This document shows, one piece after another, positions 18,306 through 27,422 of a stretch of 64,000 nucleotides of DNA. The notes beneath the pieces are model-generated. The model worked only from the letters and a program-made list of their open reading frames with translations. It ran no database searches and was not told the DNA's origin. The translations under genes were made by a program, and so were the position numbers. Origin of the DNA: an uncultured Gemmatimonadales bacterium (GTDB lineage: Bacteria; Gemmatimonadota; Gemmatimonadetes; Longimicrobiales; Longimicrobiaceae); the NCBI GenBank assembly GCA_963716255.1, contig OY970303.1, positions 4,928,001-4,992,000 on the forward strand, read 5' to 3'. Numbering within the stretch: the stretch's first letter is position 1; each line of letters starts with the position of its first letter.

Positions 18306-20507
18306 TCACGATTCGGCCGTGGGAGCGCGCAGTGCGGATTCCAACGCGCGCAGCGCTCCCGGCGTATCCAGCCGGGAGGATGCGTAGTCCGCCGCCAGCA
18401 GCGCGTCGGCGAGGTACCCGTGGTGCTTCTCGACGTGTTTGTTTGCCACCTGCTCCGCCAGCGCCCGCCCGTCCGCCAGTCCCGCCGCCGCGAGACCCCG
18501 GACCACCTCGGTGAAGTCATGTGGATCCGGGCCGCGGACGTGGACGGCGCCCGCCTCCGCGCTGGCGGAGAGCCCTGCGGCCTGCAGCTGGAGCAGCAGC
18601 GTGCCGAGCACGCGGTCGCCCACCCAGGGGAACCAGAGCGTGCCGTGGTCCCACCCCAGGAGCGCGCTCTCGACGAGCCCCAGCCTTCGGAACTCGGCGC
18701 GGGCCTCCGCCAGCAGCCCCTGCGCCTCACCGTCCAGGAACGGCGGTGCGTCGTCCGCGAGGTAGACGGCCCGCATCTCCCCGCGCACCCGGTCGTGCAC
18801 CGCGGCCCCGCCCCCGCCGAACCGCGGCGGCTGCCCACCGCCCGCCGGGGCCAGGTGGATGACCTTCCGCTCCTCGTCCACCTCCATCACCATCCAGCGC
18901 CGCCCCGCGAAGATCAGCGTCATCCGTGCCGTCACCGGGTACACGATCGGGAGCGTCCCCAGCGTGCGCGACCCCGCCTCCAGCCGGTACTCCTCCGGCG
19001 TGGTGAACGCCGCGTAGAAGTCGTACGCGTTCACCACCCGCTCGCCCGCGCCGCCCAGCACCAGCGCTCCCGTGTGCACCTGCGACACCAGCCCCGCCCG
19101 GCCCAGGTCGCGCAGCAGCTCGGCGAAGGTGCCCGTGTCCACCTCGCGGAACGGGCCCGTCCCGCAGAGCAGCCGCCACGCCTGCTGAGCGGTGACCTCC
19201 CCGTGCTGGGCGACCACCGAGAGCACCTGCTGCACCAGCGTGGAGAGGTGCAGCGCCCCGGCTGCCGGCGGCTCGTACCATCGCCGCGCCAGCAGGCGCA
19301 CCATCGCCACGGTCTGCACCAGCCCGGCGCGCAGCCGACCGTGCGGCGGCGTGTCCGCGCGGATCTCCGGCTCGCGCAGGTAGACGCGCAGCACCGCCGG
19401 CTCGCCGCGCCGCCCCGAGCGCCCCAGCCGCTGCCGCATGCTCGCCACCGAGGGCGGCGGGCCGATCTGCGCGATGCTCTCCACCGCGCCCACGTCGATC
19501 CCCAGCTCCAGCGTGGTGGTGGCGATCACCGTCGCCGGTCGCCCCTCCGCGCGCAGCGCGTCCTCCGCCTCCTCGCGGAGCCCCCGCTCCAGGCTCCCGT
19601 GGTGCGGCCAGAACTCGTTCGGCACCCGCAGCGCCTCGCAGCGGCGGCGCAGACGGTCGGCGAAGTGCTCCACGTCGGCGCGGCGGTTGGCGAACGCCAG
19701 GTGCCGGCCGCCGCGCAGCACCCGGAACAGGTCCCCTTCCAGGCGGTCCGCTCCGGGGTCCGGCGCGTCGTCCTTCTCCTCCTCGGCCCGCCCCACCCGG
19801 TATCCGCGCACCTGCAGCTGCACCTCCGAGCGGTTGCGGTCGGAGACCACGCGGTGCACCCGCTCGCCCCCGCCGGGCCGCAGCAGCGCGCACGCGGCAT
19901 CCAGGTCGCCTATCGTGGCCGAGAGGGCGATCCGCGGGACCCGCCGCCGCACCGCCGTCTCCAGCCGGTGCAGGAGCGACTGGAGCTGCATCCCGCGCTC
20001 GGTGCCGATGAAGGCGTGGAACTCGTCCACCACCACGTGGCGCAACCCCGCGAAGAGGTGAGGCACCTGGTGCCCGCGCCGGACGAAGAGCGCCTCAAGC
20101 GACTCCGGGGTGATGAGCAGCACGCCGGCTCGCCCCTGCAGCACCTCGCGCTTGCGGGCCTGGGCCACGTCGCCGTGCCAGCGGTGGACGGGGAGGTCCA
20201 CCGCCTCGAACAGCGACTCCAGCCGGCGGTGCTGGTCGTTGATGAGGGCCTTGAGCGGGCTGACGCAGAGCGCGCCGATCCCGTCCGGCGGGTGCACGGA
20301 CAGCGCGCTCGCCACGGGGAGGAACGCCGCCTCCGTCTTGCCGCTCGCCGTGCCGGAGGAGATCAGGACGTCCGCCTCCCCCGCGAGCACCGGCGCCACC
20401 GCCTGCTCCTGGATGTCGCGCAGCGCGCTCCAGCCCTGTTTCCAGAGCCAGCGCTGGACGGGCGGGGCGAGGAGGGCGAAGGCGCCGGAGGCGGCGGTCT
20501 GCGTCAC
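18306..20507 (-). CDS. Lhr-like DEAD/DEAH helicase
   Basis: LRDIQEQA, SGTASGKTEAAF, SPLKALINDQ, ITPESLEAL, VDEFHAF, LSATIG, TTLELGIDVG, QRLGRSGRR. Confidence 0.92.
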   Translation of the reverse strand: MTQTAASGAFALLAPPVQRWLWKQGWSALRDIQEQAVAPVLAGEADVLISSGTASGKTEAAFLPVASALSVHPPDGIGALCVSPLKALINDQHRRLESLFEAVDLPVHRWHGDVAQARKREVLQGRAGVLLITPESLEALFVRRGHQVPHLFAGLRHVVVDEFHAFIGTERGMQLQSLLHRLETAVRRRVPRIALSATIGDLDAACALLRPGGGERVHRVVSDRNRSEVQLQVRGYRVGRAEEEKDDAPDPGADRLEGDLFRVLRGGRHLAFANRRADVEHFADRLRRRCEALRVPNEFWPHHGSLERGLREEAEDALRAEGRPATVIATTTLELGIDVGAVESIAQIGPPPSVASMRQRLGRSGRRGEPAVLRVYLREPEIRADTPPHGRLRAGLVQTVAMVRLLARRWYEPPAAGALHLSTLVQQVLSVVAQHGEVTAQQAWRLLCGTGPFREVDTGTFAELLRDLGRAGLVSQVHTGALVLGGAGERVVNAYDFYAAFTTPEEYRLEAGSRTLGTLPIVYPVTARMTLIFAGRRWMVMEVDEERKVIHLAPAGGGQPPRFGGGGAAVHDRVRGEMRAVYLADDAPPFLDGEAQGLLAEARAEFRRLGLVESALLGWDHGTLWFPWVGDRVLGTLLLQLQAAGLSASAEAGAVHVRGPDPHDFTEVVRGLAAAGLADGRALAEQVANKHVEKHHGYLADALLAADYASSRLDTPGALRALESALRAPTAES

Positions 20508-20520
20508 GCGTGCGCTCCGC

Positions 20521-21849
20521 CTACAGCTGGAACGTGGTCAGCGCGTCCTCTCCGGCGGGCGCCGCATCCTCGTCTCCCGGGAGCGGCTCCAGGTCGGGGT
20601 TCTGCTCGGGGCGCACCTCGACCGCCCCCAGGAGCTCGCGCCAGCTCGCGTCGGGGTTCTGCTCCAGCACCGCCAGGAGCTGGACGAAGGCGCGGATGCT
20701 GGTTCGCGGCGTCTGGAAGTACGCCGCCCCGATGCGGGTGTGGCAGTGCTCCATGAAGGCGTGCAGCGCCTCGTCCGGGAGCACGTGCGCAGCCGGGTCG
20801 CCCGCGGCCTGCACGTGCCGGAGCTTGGTGAGAAGCACGAACAGCTCCTCGGGGGTGAGGCTCGCCAGGCGGACGACGGGCCCGGTGAGGTCCTTGAGCC
20901 CGCCCGCCGCGAAGGCGTTCTCCGCCAGGCGGGACTGCAGCGCCTCGTAGCTGTAGAGGCCGCGCCGCGTGTCCATCAGGAACTCCGGGGTGCCGCCCAT
21001 CAGGAAGCCGAGGTGGCGCGCGCTCCCCTGCAGGCAGTCGTTCACGATGCGCAGCACCTGCTCGTAGTTGGCCTTGCGCGCCTGCGTGTGCGAGAGCTTG
21101 TAGAGGTTCACCATCTCGTCCAGCACCACTACCAGCCCGCCGTACCCCGCCTGCACCGTGAACAGCGCGAAGAGCTTGAGCTGGTCGTAGACGCCGGCGT
21201 CGTCCACGATGGTGCGCACGCCCAGCTCCGCCCGCGCGTCCGTCCGGGTGGTGTACTCCCCGCGCAGCCAGCGGACCGCGGCGGACTTGAGCGCCTCGTT
21301 CCCCTCGGAGTGGCCGCGCCAGTAGGCGGCGACCACCGCCGCGAAGTCGTAGCCGCCCACCATCTCCGCCAGCTCCGCGAGCCGGGCGCGGATCACCGTG
21401 TCAGGCTCCGCCCCCTGCTGGTCCGCCTCCTGGCGGGCGCGGGTGACGAAGCGCTCCACCACCCCGGCAAGGGCTCCGCCTTCCGGGTGGGTGCGGGTCG
21501 CCATGTTGTGGGCCAGCTCGGCGTAGAGGTTGCGCGCCTGGCCGCCCGTGGCGTGCAGCCGCCGATCCGGGTTCAGGTCCGCATGCACGGTGACCAGTCC
21601 CTTCTCCAGCGCGACGGAGCGCACCAGGTTCAGGAAGAAGGTCTTTCCGGCCCCGTACTCCCCGATCACCAGGCGCACGGCGGAGCCGCCGTCGGCGACG
21701 CGCTCCACGTCGCGCAGCAGGGCCCGGATCTCGTCCGCGCGCCCGACCTGGATGTGCTGCTGCCCGCGGCGCGGCACCACGCCGGCCGCGAGGGACTGGA
21801 GGATGGCGTCGCGGTCCCGGGGACGGATGCGCTCGGCGGCCTGGCTCAT
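20521..21849 (-). CDS. DUF2791 (BrxD-like) P-loop ATPase
   Basis: Starts MSQAAERIRPRDRDAILQSLAAGVVP (ATGA overlap with TerB); GEYGAGKTFF; VVLDEMVNLYK; YSYEALQSRL. Confidence 0.88.
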   Translation of the reverse strand: MSQAAERIRPRDRDAILQSLAAGVVPRRGQQHIQVGRADEIRALLRDVERVADGGSAVRLVIGEYGAGKTFFLNLVRSVALEKGLVTVHADLNPDRRLHATGGQARNLYAELAHNMATRTHPEGGALAGVVERFVTRARQEADQQGAEPDTVIRARLAELAEMVGGYDFAAVVAAYWRGHSEGNEALKSAAVRWLRGEYTTRTDARAELGVRTIVDDAGVYDQLKLFALFTVQAGYGGLVVVLDEMVNLYKLSHTQARKANYEQVLRIVNDCLQGSARHLGFLMGGTPEFLMDTRRGLYSYEALQSRLAENAFAAGGLKDLTGPVVRLASLTPEELFVLLTKLRHVQAAGDPAAHVLPDEALHAFMEHCHTRIGAAYFQTPRTSIRAFVQLLAVLEQNPDASWRELLGAVEVRPEQNPDLEPLPGDEDAAPAGEDALTTFQL

Positions 21850-24323
21850 GCGAACATCTCCTCTCGCGCGTAGGCGTTCACTTCGATGGGGTCGGTGCCC
21901 TCCAGGAGCGGCTCGTCGCAGAGCTGGAAGGCGGCGTCGTTGATGGTCTCCATGGCGCCCGCGGCCATCAGCCCGTGCCGCTCGGCGAGCGCGGCCAGCT
22001 CGGCGGCCGGCCATTCCGTCCGCTCGCCGAGGGCGCGCACGAAGGCGGAATGCGCCGCGTCCAGCCCCGGGAGGCGGCCGTCCGGCTCCGACGGGGGGGC
22101 GGGCTCGTCCTCGGCGGGCAGCGGGGAGGACGCGAGTGGTGCGGGTGCGGCAGCCTCCTCGGGCTCGTCCGCGGCGAACACCGAGGCAAGGACCCGGGTG
22201 ACCTCCCGCGTGTCGTGCTGGATGGCCGCGATCCTGGCGGTGTCCAGCGTGAACCCCACGCGCGCGGGGGCCCGCTCCGGCTCCGGGCGGGGGATGGCGT
22301 ACTCGGTCGCCGGCTCGGCCGGGAGCACCGTCACGGGAGCCGTGCCGCCGGCGGCGAGCGCGTGCACGTCCGCGTACACCTGCTTCTCGTCCAGCCCAAG
22401 CAGGGGGTAGACCCGCGCGAGCATCCGCACCTCCGCGGGGCTGACGTGTCCGTCCGCTCCCGCGATGGCCACCAGCGCGCGCGCCACCGTGGCGCGCCGC
22501 TCCGCCGGGAGCTGCTCCACCTGCTTCTTCAGCCCGGCCGCGCTCGGCGGACAGGCGCGGAGCCATGCCAGGTGCGCCCGCAGGCGCGCGCGGTCCGCCG
22601 GGTTCAGGCGGTACGACGCCTCCAGGTGCCGCTCGATCTCCTCCTCCTCCGCCCGGGCGAGCTCGTCCGAGCCGGCCACCGCGGCCGCGAGGTTCAGCAG
22701 CAGCGTCGCCTGGACGAGGTCCGGTCCGGGAACGGGCGCCTCCTCGGGGAGGAGGAACACCGTCGCGAACTCCCCCTGCGACGGGTTGATCCCCGTGTGC
22801 CGTACGTCGGGAGCGATCCCCAGCCCGCATTTCTCCAGCAGCTCCGTCACGCCTTCGGCCTCTTTCTTGGACAGGCGGTCCCCCCGCTGGCCCGGCCAGT
22901 GGTGGGTCAGGAGGGAGGCGGACACCGTGCCGTGGCCGTCCGCGCCGAGCGTGCTCATCAGGTCGGCCAGCAGCGGCGGAGCCTTGCGGCGGACCCGCTT
23001 GCGCAGCACCTCGGGCGGGAGAAGCGCGAGAGCGGCCAGGCTGTCGCCTTCACCGGTGCGGCCCACCCAGCGGCTGTAGCGGTCCAGCGTGTCCGTCGCC
23101 GCGTCGGCGACCTGGCGGAGGCGGTCCAGGGGCGCCTGCAGGACCCCCACGTCCGGCAGGTCGTCGATCGTGGCGCGGAACGCCCGCCCCGAGAAAGAGG
23201 CGCTGGCGGGCTGGTACGTGACCGCCAGCGGCGTCCGGTTCGGCTTCAGCGCCATGCCCTCGCCGAAGCGCTCGCGGTAGCGCTGCTTGAAGGCCGCCTC
23301 GAACTCCTCCGGGCAGCGCGTCGCGGCCGTCCGCAGAGAGCACTGCGGCGAGAGCCGGAGCCAGGCGAGCGCCCAGTCGGCCGGCACCGGCATCCTCGAC
23401 ACGGCGAACCGACCGAGCGCGATGCGGACTCCGATGGGAAGCTCGTAGCCGCCGCGACCTGCAGGAATGGACGGCTTCTCCAGGTCTAGAAGGCCGTGAC
23501 GGGCACGCGCGAAGTCCAGGAGGCGGGACGCGTAGGCGCGGAAGGAGCCGTTCTCCCGGTAGATCCCGAGGAGCCGTTCGACCTCGGCCACGAGCGCCGG
23601 GATCTCCGCCGCCGCGTCTCCTCCCGCTTCGGCGTCCACGAGCACACGGCGCTCGATCCCGTAGAAGAACAGGAACACGCACCCGATGTCCACCCGTGGG
23701 TCGCGCCGTCCGCCCGCCAGCCAGTGCAGGTACTTCCCGCGGAAGCCGGGGGACACGCCCGAATAGGACGGCCAGTACGAGGCCGCCGACTGGGCGATGT
23801 CATGGGGGTCGAGCGAAGTCTTCAGATGCGGATCGATGAGGGCGGGCTCGGCTCCACCCCATTCGGCGACGGCCCGCAGCCCCGTGCCGACGTACACCAT
23901 GCCGCCTGGAATGTCATGTCCTGCCACTTCGACTCGCTCGCCGGGTGCGATCCACCGTGCTCGCTTCGAAGCCGGCGAGGACGGAGCCTGGCGCACGGTG
24001 CCTGGCCCGGCTACCGGGCTCGCGCCCGCCTCTGGAACTCTGATCGGTTGTTGCAGCGCCGGGGGATTGGGGTCGGTGGGCGGAGCGGGTCGTCGGGTGG
24101 ACGCTCCACCGGGATGAACCGATGCAGGCGCAACGGACCGCTCGACCGTTCCACGGGGGGCCGGCTCTATGGACGGTGCGGACCCCGCGCTCGTCGGCGC
24201 CTGGCTCAGCGAGTCTCGCTCGGGGGCCGGGGGCGCGTTGCCGGGTTTAGTGGCAGACGCGGACTGGCGAACCACGAACCAGACGACACCAACCACCAGC
24301 AGCAAGAGAAGAATTGAAGTCAT
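21846..24323 (-). CDS. TerB-N / TerB / TerB-C domain protein with an N-terminal membrane anchor
   Basis: IPGGMVYVG, SYWPSYS...YLHWLAGGR, IGCVFLFFYGIERR (TerB-N); AIAGADGHVSPAEVRML (TerB); GAMETINDAAF (TerB-C). Confidence 0.88.
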   Translation of the reverse strand: MTSILLLLLVVGVVWFVVRQSASATKPGNAPPAPERDSLSQAPTSAGSAPSIEPAPRGTVERSVAPASVHPGGASTRRPAPPTDPNPPALQQPIRVPEAGASPVAGPGTVRQAPSSPASKRARWIAPGERVEVAGHDIPGGMVYVGTGLRAVAEWGGAEPALIDPHLKTSLDPHDIAQSAASYWPSYSGVSPGFRGKYLHWLAGGRRDPRVDIGCVFLFFYGIERRVLVDAEAGGDAAAEIPALVAEVERLLGIYRENGSFRAYASRLLDFARARHGLLDLEKPSIPAGRGGYELPIGVRIALGRFAVSRMPVPADWALAWLRLSPQCSLRTAATRCPEEFEAAFKQRYRERFGEGMALKPNRTPLAVTYQPASASFSGRAFRATIDDLPDVGVLQAPLDRLRQVADAATDTLDRYSRWVGRTGEGDSLAALALLPPEVLRKRVRRKAPPLLADLMSTLGADGHGTVSASLLTHHWPGQRGDRLSKKEAEGVTELLEKCGLGIAPDVRHTGINPSQGEFATVFLLPEEAPVPGPDLVQATLLLNLAAAVAGSDELARAEEEEIERHLEASYRLNPADRARLRAHLAWLRACPPSAAGLKKQVEQLPAERRATVARALVAIAGADGHVSPAEVRMLARVYPLLGLDEKQVYADVHALAAGGTAPVTVLPAEPATEYAIPRPEPERAPARVGFTLDTARIAAIQHDTREVTRVLASVFAADEPEEAAAPAPLASSPLPAEDEPAPPSEPDGRLPGLDAAHSAFVRALGERTEWPAAELAALAERHGLMAAGAMETINDAAFQLCDEPLLEGTDPIEVNAYAREEMFA

Positions 24324-24550
24324 GCGGAGGGAGTCCAGGCGGAGCTGGGACCAACCAGGGGGAAAGAATCATAGCAGGAACGTTTGATCCGGTCAAAGCT
24401 CCGGGGCCGCGTATTCCCTGGCGGCAGCCCGTGCTTCACAATAAAGCTTTCGGTCTCACTTGATATCGTGGCTGGGGCATGCCCTGTGGCTCGGCACCAC
24501 GTCCCCGGTGAATCCTGCCGGGTGCATGCCCCGGATCGGCGAGTGCGTCC

Positions 24551-25993
24551 CTACATGTAATAGCTGTACCTGCTCTCGATCCGTCCGTCGGCCTCGACGT
24601 ACTTCAGGATCTGGCCGACGCTCCGTGCGGCGTGAACGGTGATGGGCTCTGACTGGTCGAACTGGGTCTTGTTCCAGTTCATCTTCGTGAGCGACAGGAT
24701 CTCCCGGGAGAGAGACCGCGGAGTACTCATCGTCTCGTCACAGTGGAAGTGGAGCGGTCGGGGCACGTACATCCCCGGATAGGTCCGGAAGAAGTCCACG
24801 CTTCCACGTGTGTACAGCAGGTGCTCCCGCGCCGACAGGGCTACCGTGCTCCCTCGCAGCACCGGGTACGCACCCGCCCGGAACAACCGGGGTGCGGCGC
24901 GGTCGGTCATGCTCACGAAGTCCACACGTCCGATCCTCTCCTCCTCGAGGGCAGCGCTGAACCCTTCTCGCTCGGCAGCGTTGAACCGCGAGGTCTTGTG
25001 AAGTACGACTCGCGCCGGCGCGGTTTCATGCTCCAGCCGATAATGCTTCAACGCCTGGACGAGGAGGTTCTGTGCATCCTGTTCCTCCAGGTGCGGCGTT
25101 CGGTCGCTCTTCGAGAGCCTGATGGGGGCGCCCCGGACGACGATGCCATCGCCACGCTCGTCGAAGATCTGCGCCATGCTCGTCAGGAGGTTCGATCGGT
25201 CCACAGCGTAGTAGAAGCTGACCCCCACGAAGCACGTCTGGAACTCACTCCGGTCGCGGATAAGTCGCCAGGGCAAGCCGCCGGCCTTGTAGTAGAGCGC
25301 CGTGTGGAAGTTCCACGCGCTCGTCGCCGCGTCTTGCAGGGCACGGGTCTGCTGAGGCTTTTTCTTCTGCCGTCGGCGCTGCCCAGGATCGTATGTGCCC
25401 GGCAGCACGAGCTGCGTGGGGATCCCGATCTGCATGGCGCGCGACTTCAGGAGGTCATGGAAGTCCAGCAACCCGTCTCCCGCCCCCCGCTTGCCCCCGC
25501 CGGGGCGAAGGTCGGGGTCCATCAGGGCCTCGATCTCCGGGGGGACTGCGCAGAGGAAGACGTCAGGTCCACCTTTCTCCTTCACGAACTGCATCTCCGC
25601 GGCGAACCGGTCGACGGCAGCGGCAACGACCACGTTGTGATCTCCAGAGCGAGCGATGCGCTCCACGTCCCGGGCCGCAACCTCCCGGTTGAAGGCGGTG
25701 TCGAGGACAAGCGTTGAGCGAAACGCCTCCTCTGGATTGAATCCCGGGAAACGAGGGAAGAGGTTCGGCTGACGGCTCTGTTTCGCCGGGATCTCAGCCC
25801 GGCACCGCTCGAGCCAGAGTTGGAGGCCCTCGGCGTTCGCCGGCGTTCCGATCACCCCCACGTGGATGCGCTTGGGTGCCCGGCCGGCCTCGACGTCGGC
25901 CGGGCCGTAGTCCATGATCCCGAACCGGATATCGATGTGGCGACCGCCGCCGCCGAACTCGAGTTCGGGCTCGTCGATGAAGTCGAAGGTCAT
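24551..25993 (-). CDS. Short prokaryotic Argonaute (MID-PIWI, catalytically inactive type)
   Basis: EPELEFG, HDLLKSRAM, AWNFHTALYYKAGGLPWRL, CFVGVSFY (Ser where the catalytic Asp lies), VVLHKTSRF, YPVLRGS, YPGMYVPRPL, EILSLTKMNWN. Confidence 0.92.
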   Translation of the reverse strand: MTFDFIDEPELEFGGGGRHIDIRFGIMDYGPADVEAGRAPKRIHVGVIGTPANAEGLQLWLERCRAEIPAKQSRQPNLFPRFPGFNPEEAFRSTLVLDTAFNREVAARDVERIARSGDHNVVVAAAVDRFAAEMQFVKEKGGPDVFLCAVPPEIEALMDPDLRPGGGKRGAGDGLLDFHDLLKSRAMQIGIPTQLVLPGTYDPGQRRRQKKKPQQTRALQDAATSAWNFHTALYYKAGGLPWRLIRDRSEFQTCFVGVSFYYAVDRSNLLTSMAQIFDERGDGIVVRGAPIRLSKSDRTPHLEEQDAQNLLVQALKHYRLEHETAPARVVLHKTSRFNAAEREGFSAALEEERIGRVDFVSMTDRAAPRLFRAGAYPVLRGSTVALSAREHLLYTRGSVDFFRTYPGMYVPRPLHFHCDETMSTPRSLSREILSLTKMNWNKTQFDQSEPITVHAARSVGQILKYVEADGRIESRYSYYM

Positions 25994-27372
25994 CACGACA
26001 CCGCCGTGTCGGGGGAGGCGTGTGCAGCGAAAAGGCCCTCATCATCCCCCTCGATCTGCTCCATCGCCTTCTGAGCTTCCGGGTCGTCGTCCGACGACAG
26101 CCACTCATCGTCGCTGATCCCCACCGGGCTCTCGAAGGCAAGGAAGTCCCCGAAGCCGAGGTGCGGATAGGGTGCATCCGCGAACAGGTCCGGCGTCTCC
26201 GGGTCCTTCAGGAGGAACGCCCACATGACCGCCTGACCGAGAACCGCGGGGTTCTTCTCCAGCTTCCGGATACCGCTCAGGAGCTTCGAGGCGTTGTGGT
26301 GGACCTGCCGGCCGTCGGAGGTGAAGCGGTAGGTCGGGTCGATCTGGAGGAACCACTCCTCACCGAACTGGCGGAACCGGCCGTAGAAGGCGTGGTGTCG
26401 GTAGTATGTCCAGATCGCATCGTCGACCTTCTTCGTGTAATCCAGGAAGACCTTGCGGCTCGCGTCTTTTGCCAGGCTCCGGTAGCGGACGACGCGCGGC
26501 TTCAGGTCCTTCGTCGCGGTGAAGTGGTAGTATTTCTCCTCGGCATCGAACCGGACGTGGAGGCGCTGAAGCCGCGTGCGGAGGCACTGGTTCAGCAGAG
26601 CGACGAAGTCGTTCTGGCGGTCCTCGTCGAGCGAGTTGGTCCAGTCGTCCACGTCGAACTCCTCCACCGTGCCCGGATCACAGATCCTCCTCCATTCTCG
26701 TGTCGAGAGATCATGCACGCTGACGATCCCCTTGCCACGATAGGACCACTCCTGCGCGTCCGGGGCGCCGGCCTCGTTGAGGCGCTCCCGGACGGCTTTC
26801 CCGCTGGTACATTCCGTGTACGCGTGGAAGACTCGGGTCGGCAGGCGAGTGACCCGGAGAAGGTTGGAGAGGATCCTCTCCGGCTTCAGGGGCGGCGCGA
26901 GGTACGTTCCGCCCGCGTTCGAAGCGGCAACCGCGAGGAGGCGCTGAAGCGCGGACTCGTCGAACCTGTCGCTCGCCTTGTCGAACCAAACCTTCCGGCT
27001 CTTTCGATGGGCCGGATCCTTGAAATAGTCCTTGACCGAGACCCAGTAGGCTTCGTCCGTGGTGGGCCGAGACACGACCAGGACGATCGGCTTGTTGCCC
27101 TTCATCCAGTAGTCGAGATCCTCCTGCGCGCAGACGTAGGCCGCCCGGGTATCCGTTTCCGAGCTGAGCTGGGTGGTGGTGGCCTTCGACTGCACGGGTA
27201 GATGCAGGTTCAGCATCTCCCCGGTCGTAGGATCTCTGAACTCGATGTACCCATCGGTGCCGGCCTCGAGACCACCCGTCGGGTGCCAGATGGAGCCCAT
27301 CTTCAGCACCGTGGTCTCGATCAGCGCTACGCCTTGCTGGCCGGTTATTCCCGTGGCCCGGATCTTCTTCAT
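25993..27372 (-). CDS. DUF4365 (PD-(D/E)XK, DREN-type) nuclease-APAZ fusion, partner of the short Argonaute
   Basis: N-terminal GQQGV...GTDGYIE...VQSKAT...LDYWM; C-terminal ERILSNLL, YYRHHAF, WFLQIDPTYRFTSDG, EKNPAVLGQAVMW; TGATG coupling to Ago. Confidence 0.85.
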   Translation of the reverse strand: MKKIRATGITGQQGVALIETTVLKMGSIWHPTGGLEAGTDGYIEFRDPTTGEMLNLHLPVQSKATTTQLSSETDTRAAYVCAQEDLDYWMKGNKPIVLVVSRPTTDEAYWVSVKDYFKDPAHRKSRKVWFDKASDRFDESALQRLLAVAASNAGGTYLAPPLKPERILSNLLRVTRLPTRVFHAYTECTSGKAVRERLNEAGAPDAQEWSYRGKGIVSVHDLSTREWRRICDPGTVEEFDVDDWTNSLDEDRQNDFVALLNQCLRTRLQRLHVRFDAEEKYYHFTATKDLKPRVVRYRSLAKDASRKVFLDYTKKVDDAIWTYYRHHAFYGRFRQFGEEWFLQIDPTYRFTSDGRQVHHNASKLLSGIRKLEKNPAVLGQAVMWAFLLKDPETPDLFADAPYPHLGFGDFLAFESPVGISDDEWLSSDDDPEAQKAMEQIEGDDEGLFAAHASPDTAVS

Positions 27373-27422
27373 GGGGTAGTTGCGCTCTCTGCCGCACGCC
27401 GCGTTGGGATGGGTATTCGCGA

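Noticed and set aside
18306..21849. Calling this a BREX system
   Set aside because: Only BrxD/BrxHI-like genes are present; no pglX, pglZ or brxC in the window.
24551..27372. SPARTA/SPARSA (TIR or SIR2 effector) assignment
   Set aside because: The partner N-terminus shows nuclease D...QxK motifs, not TIR or SIR2 motifs.
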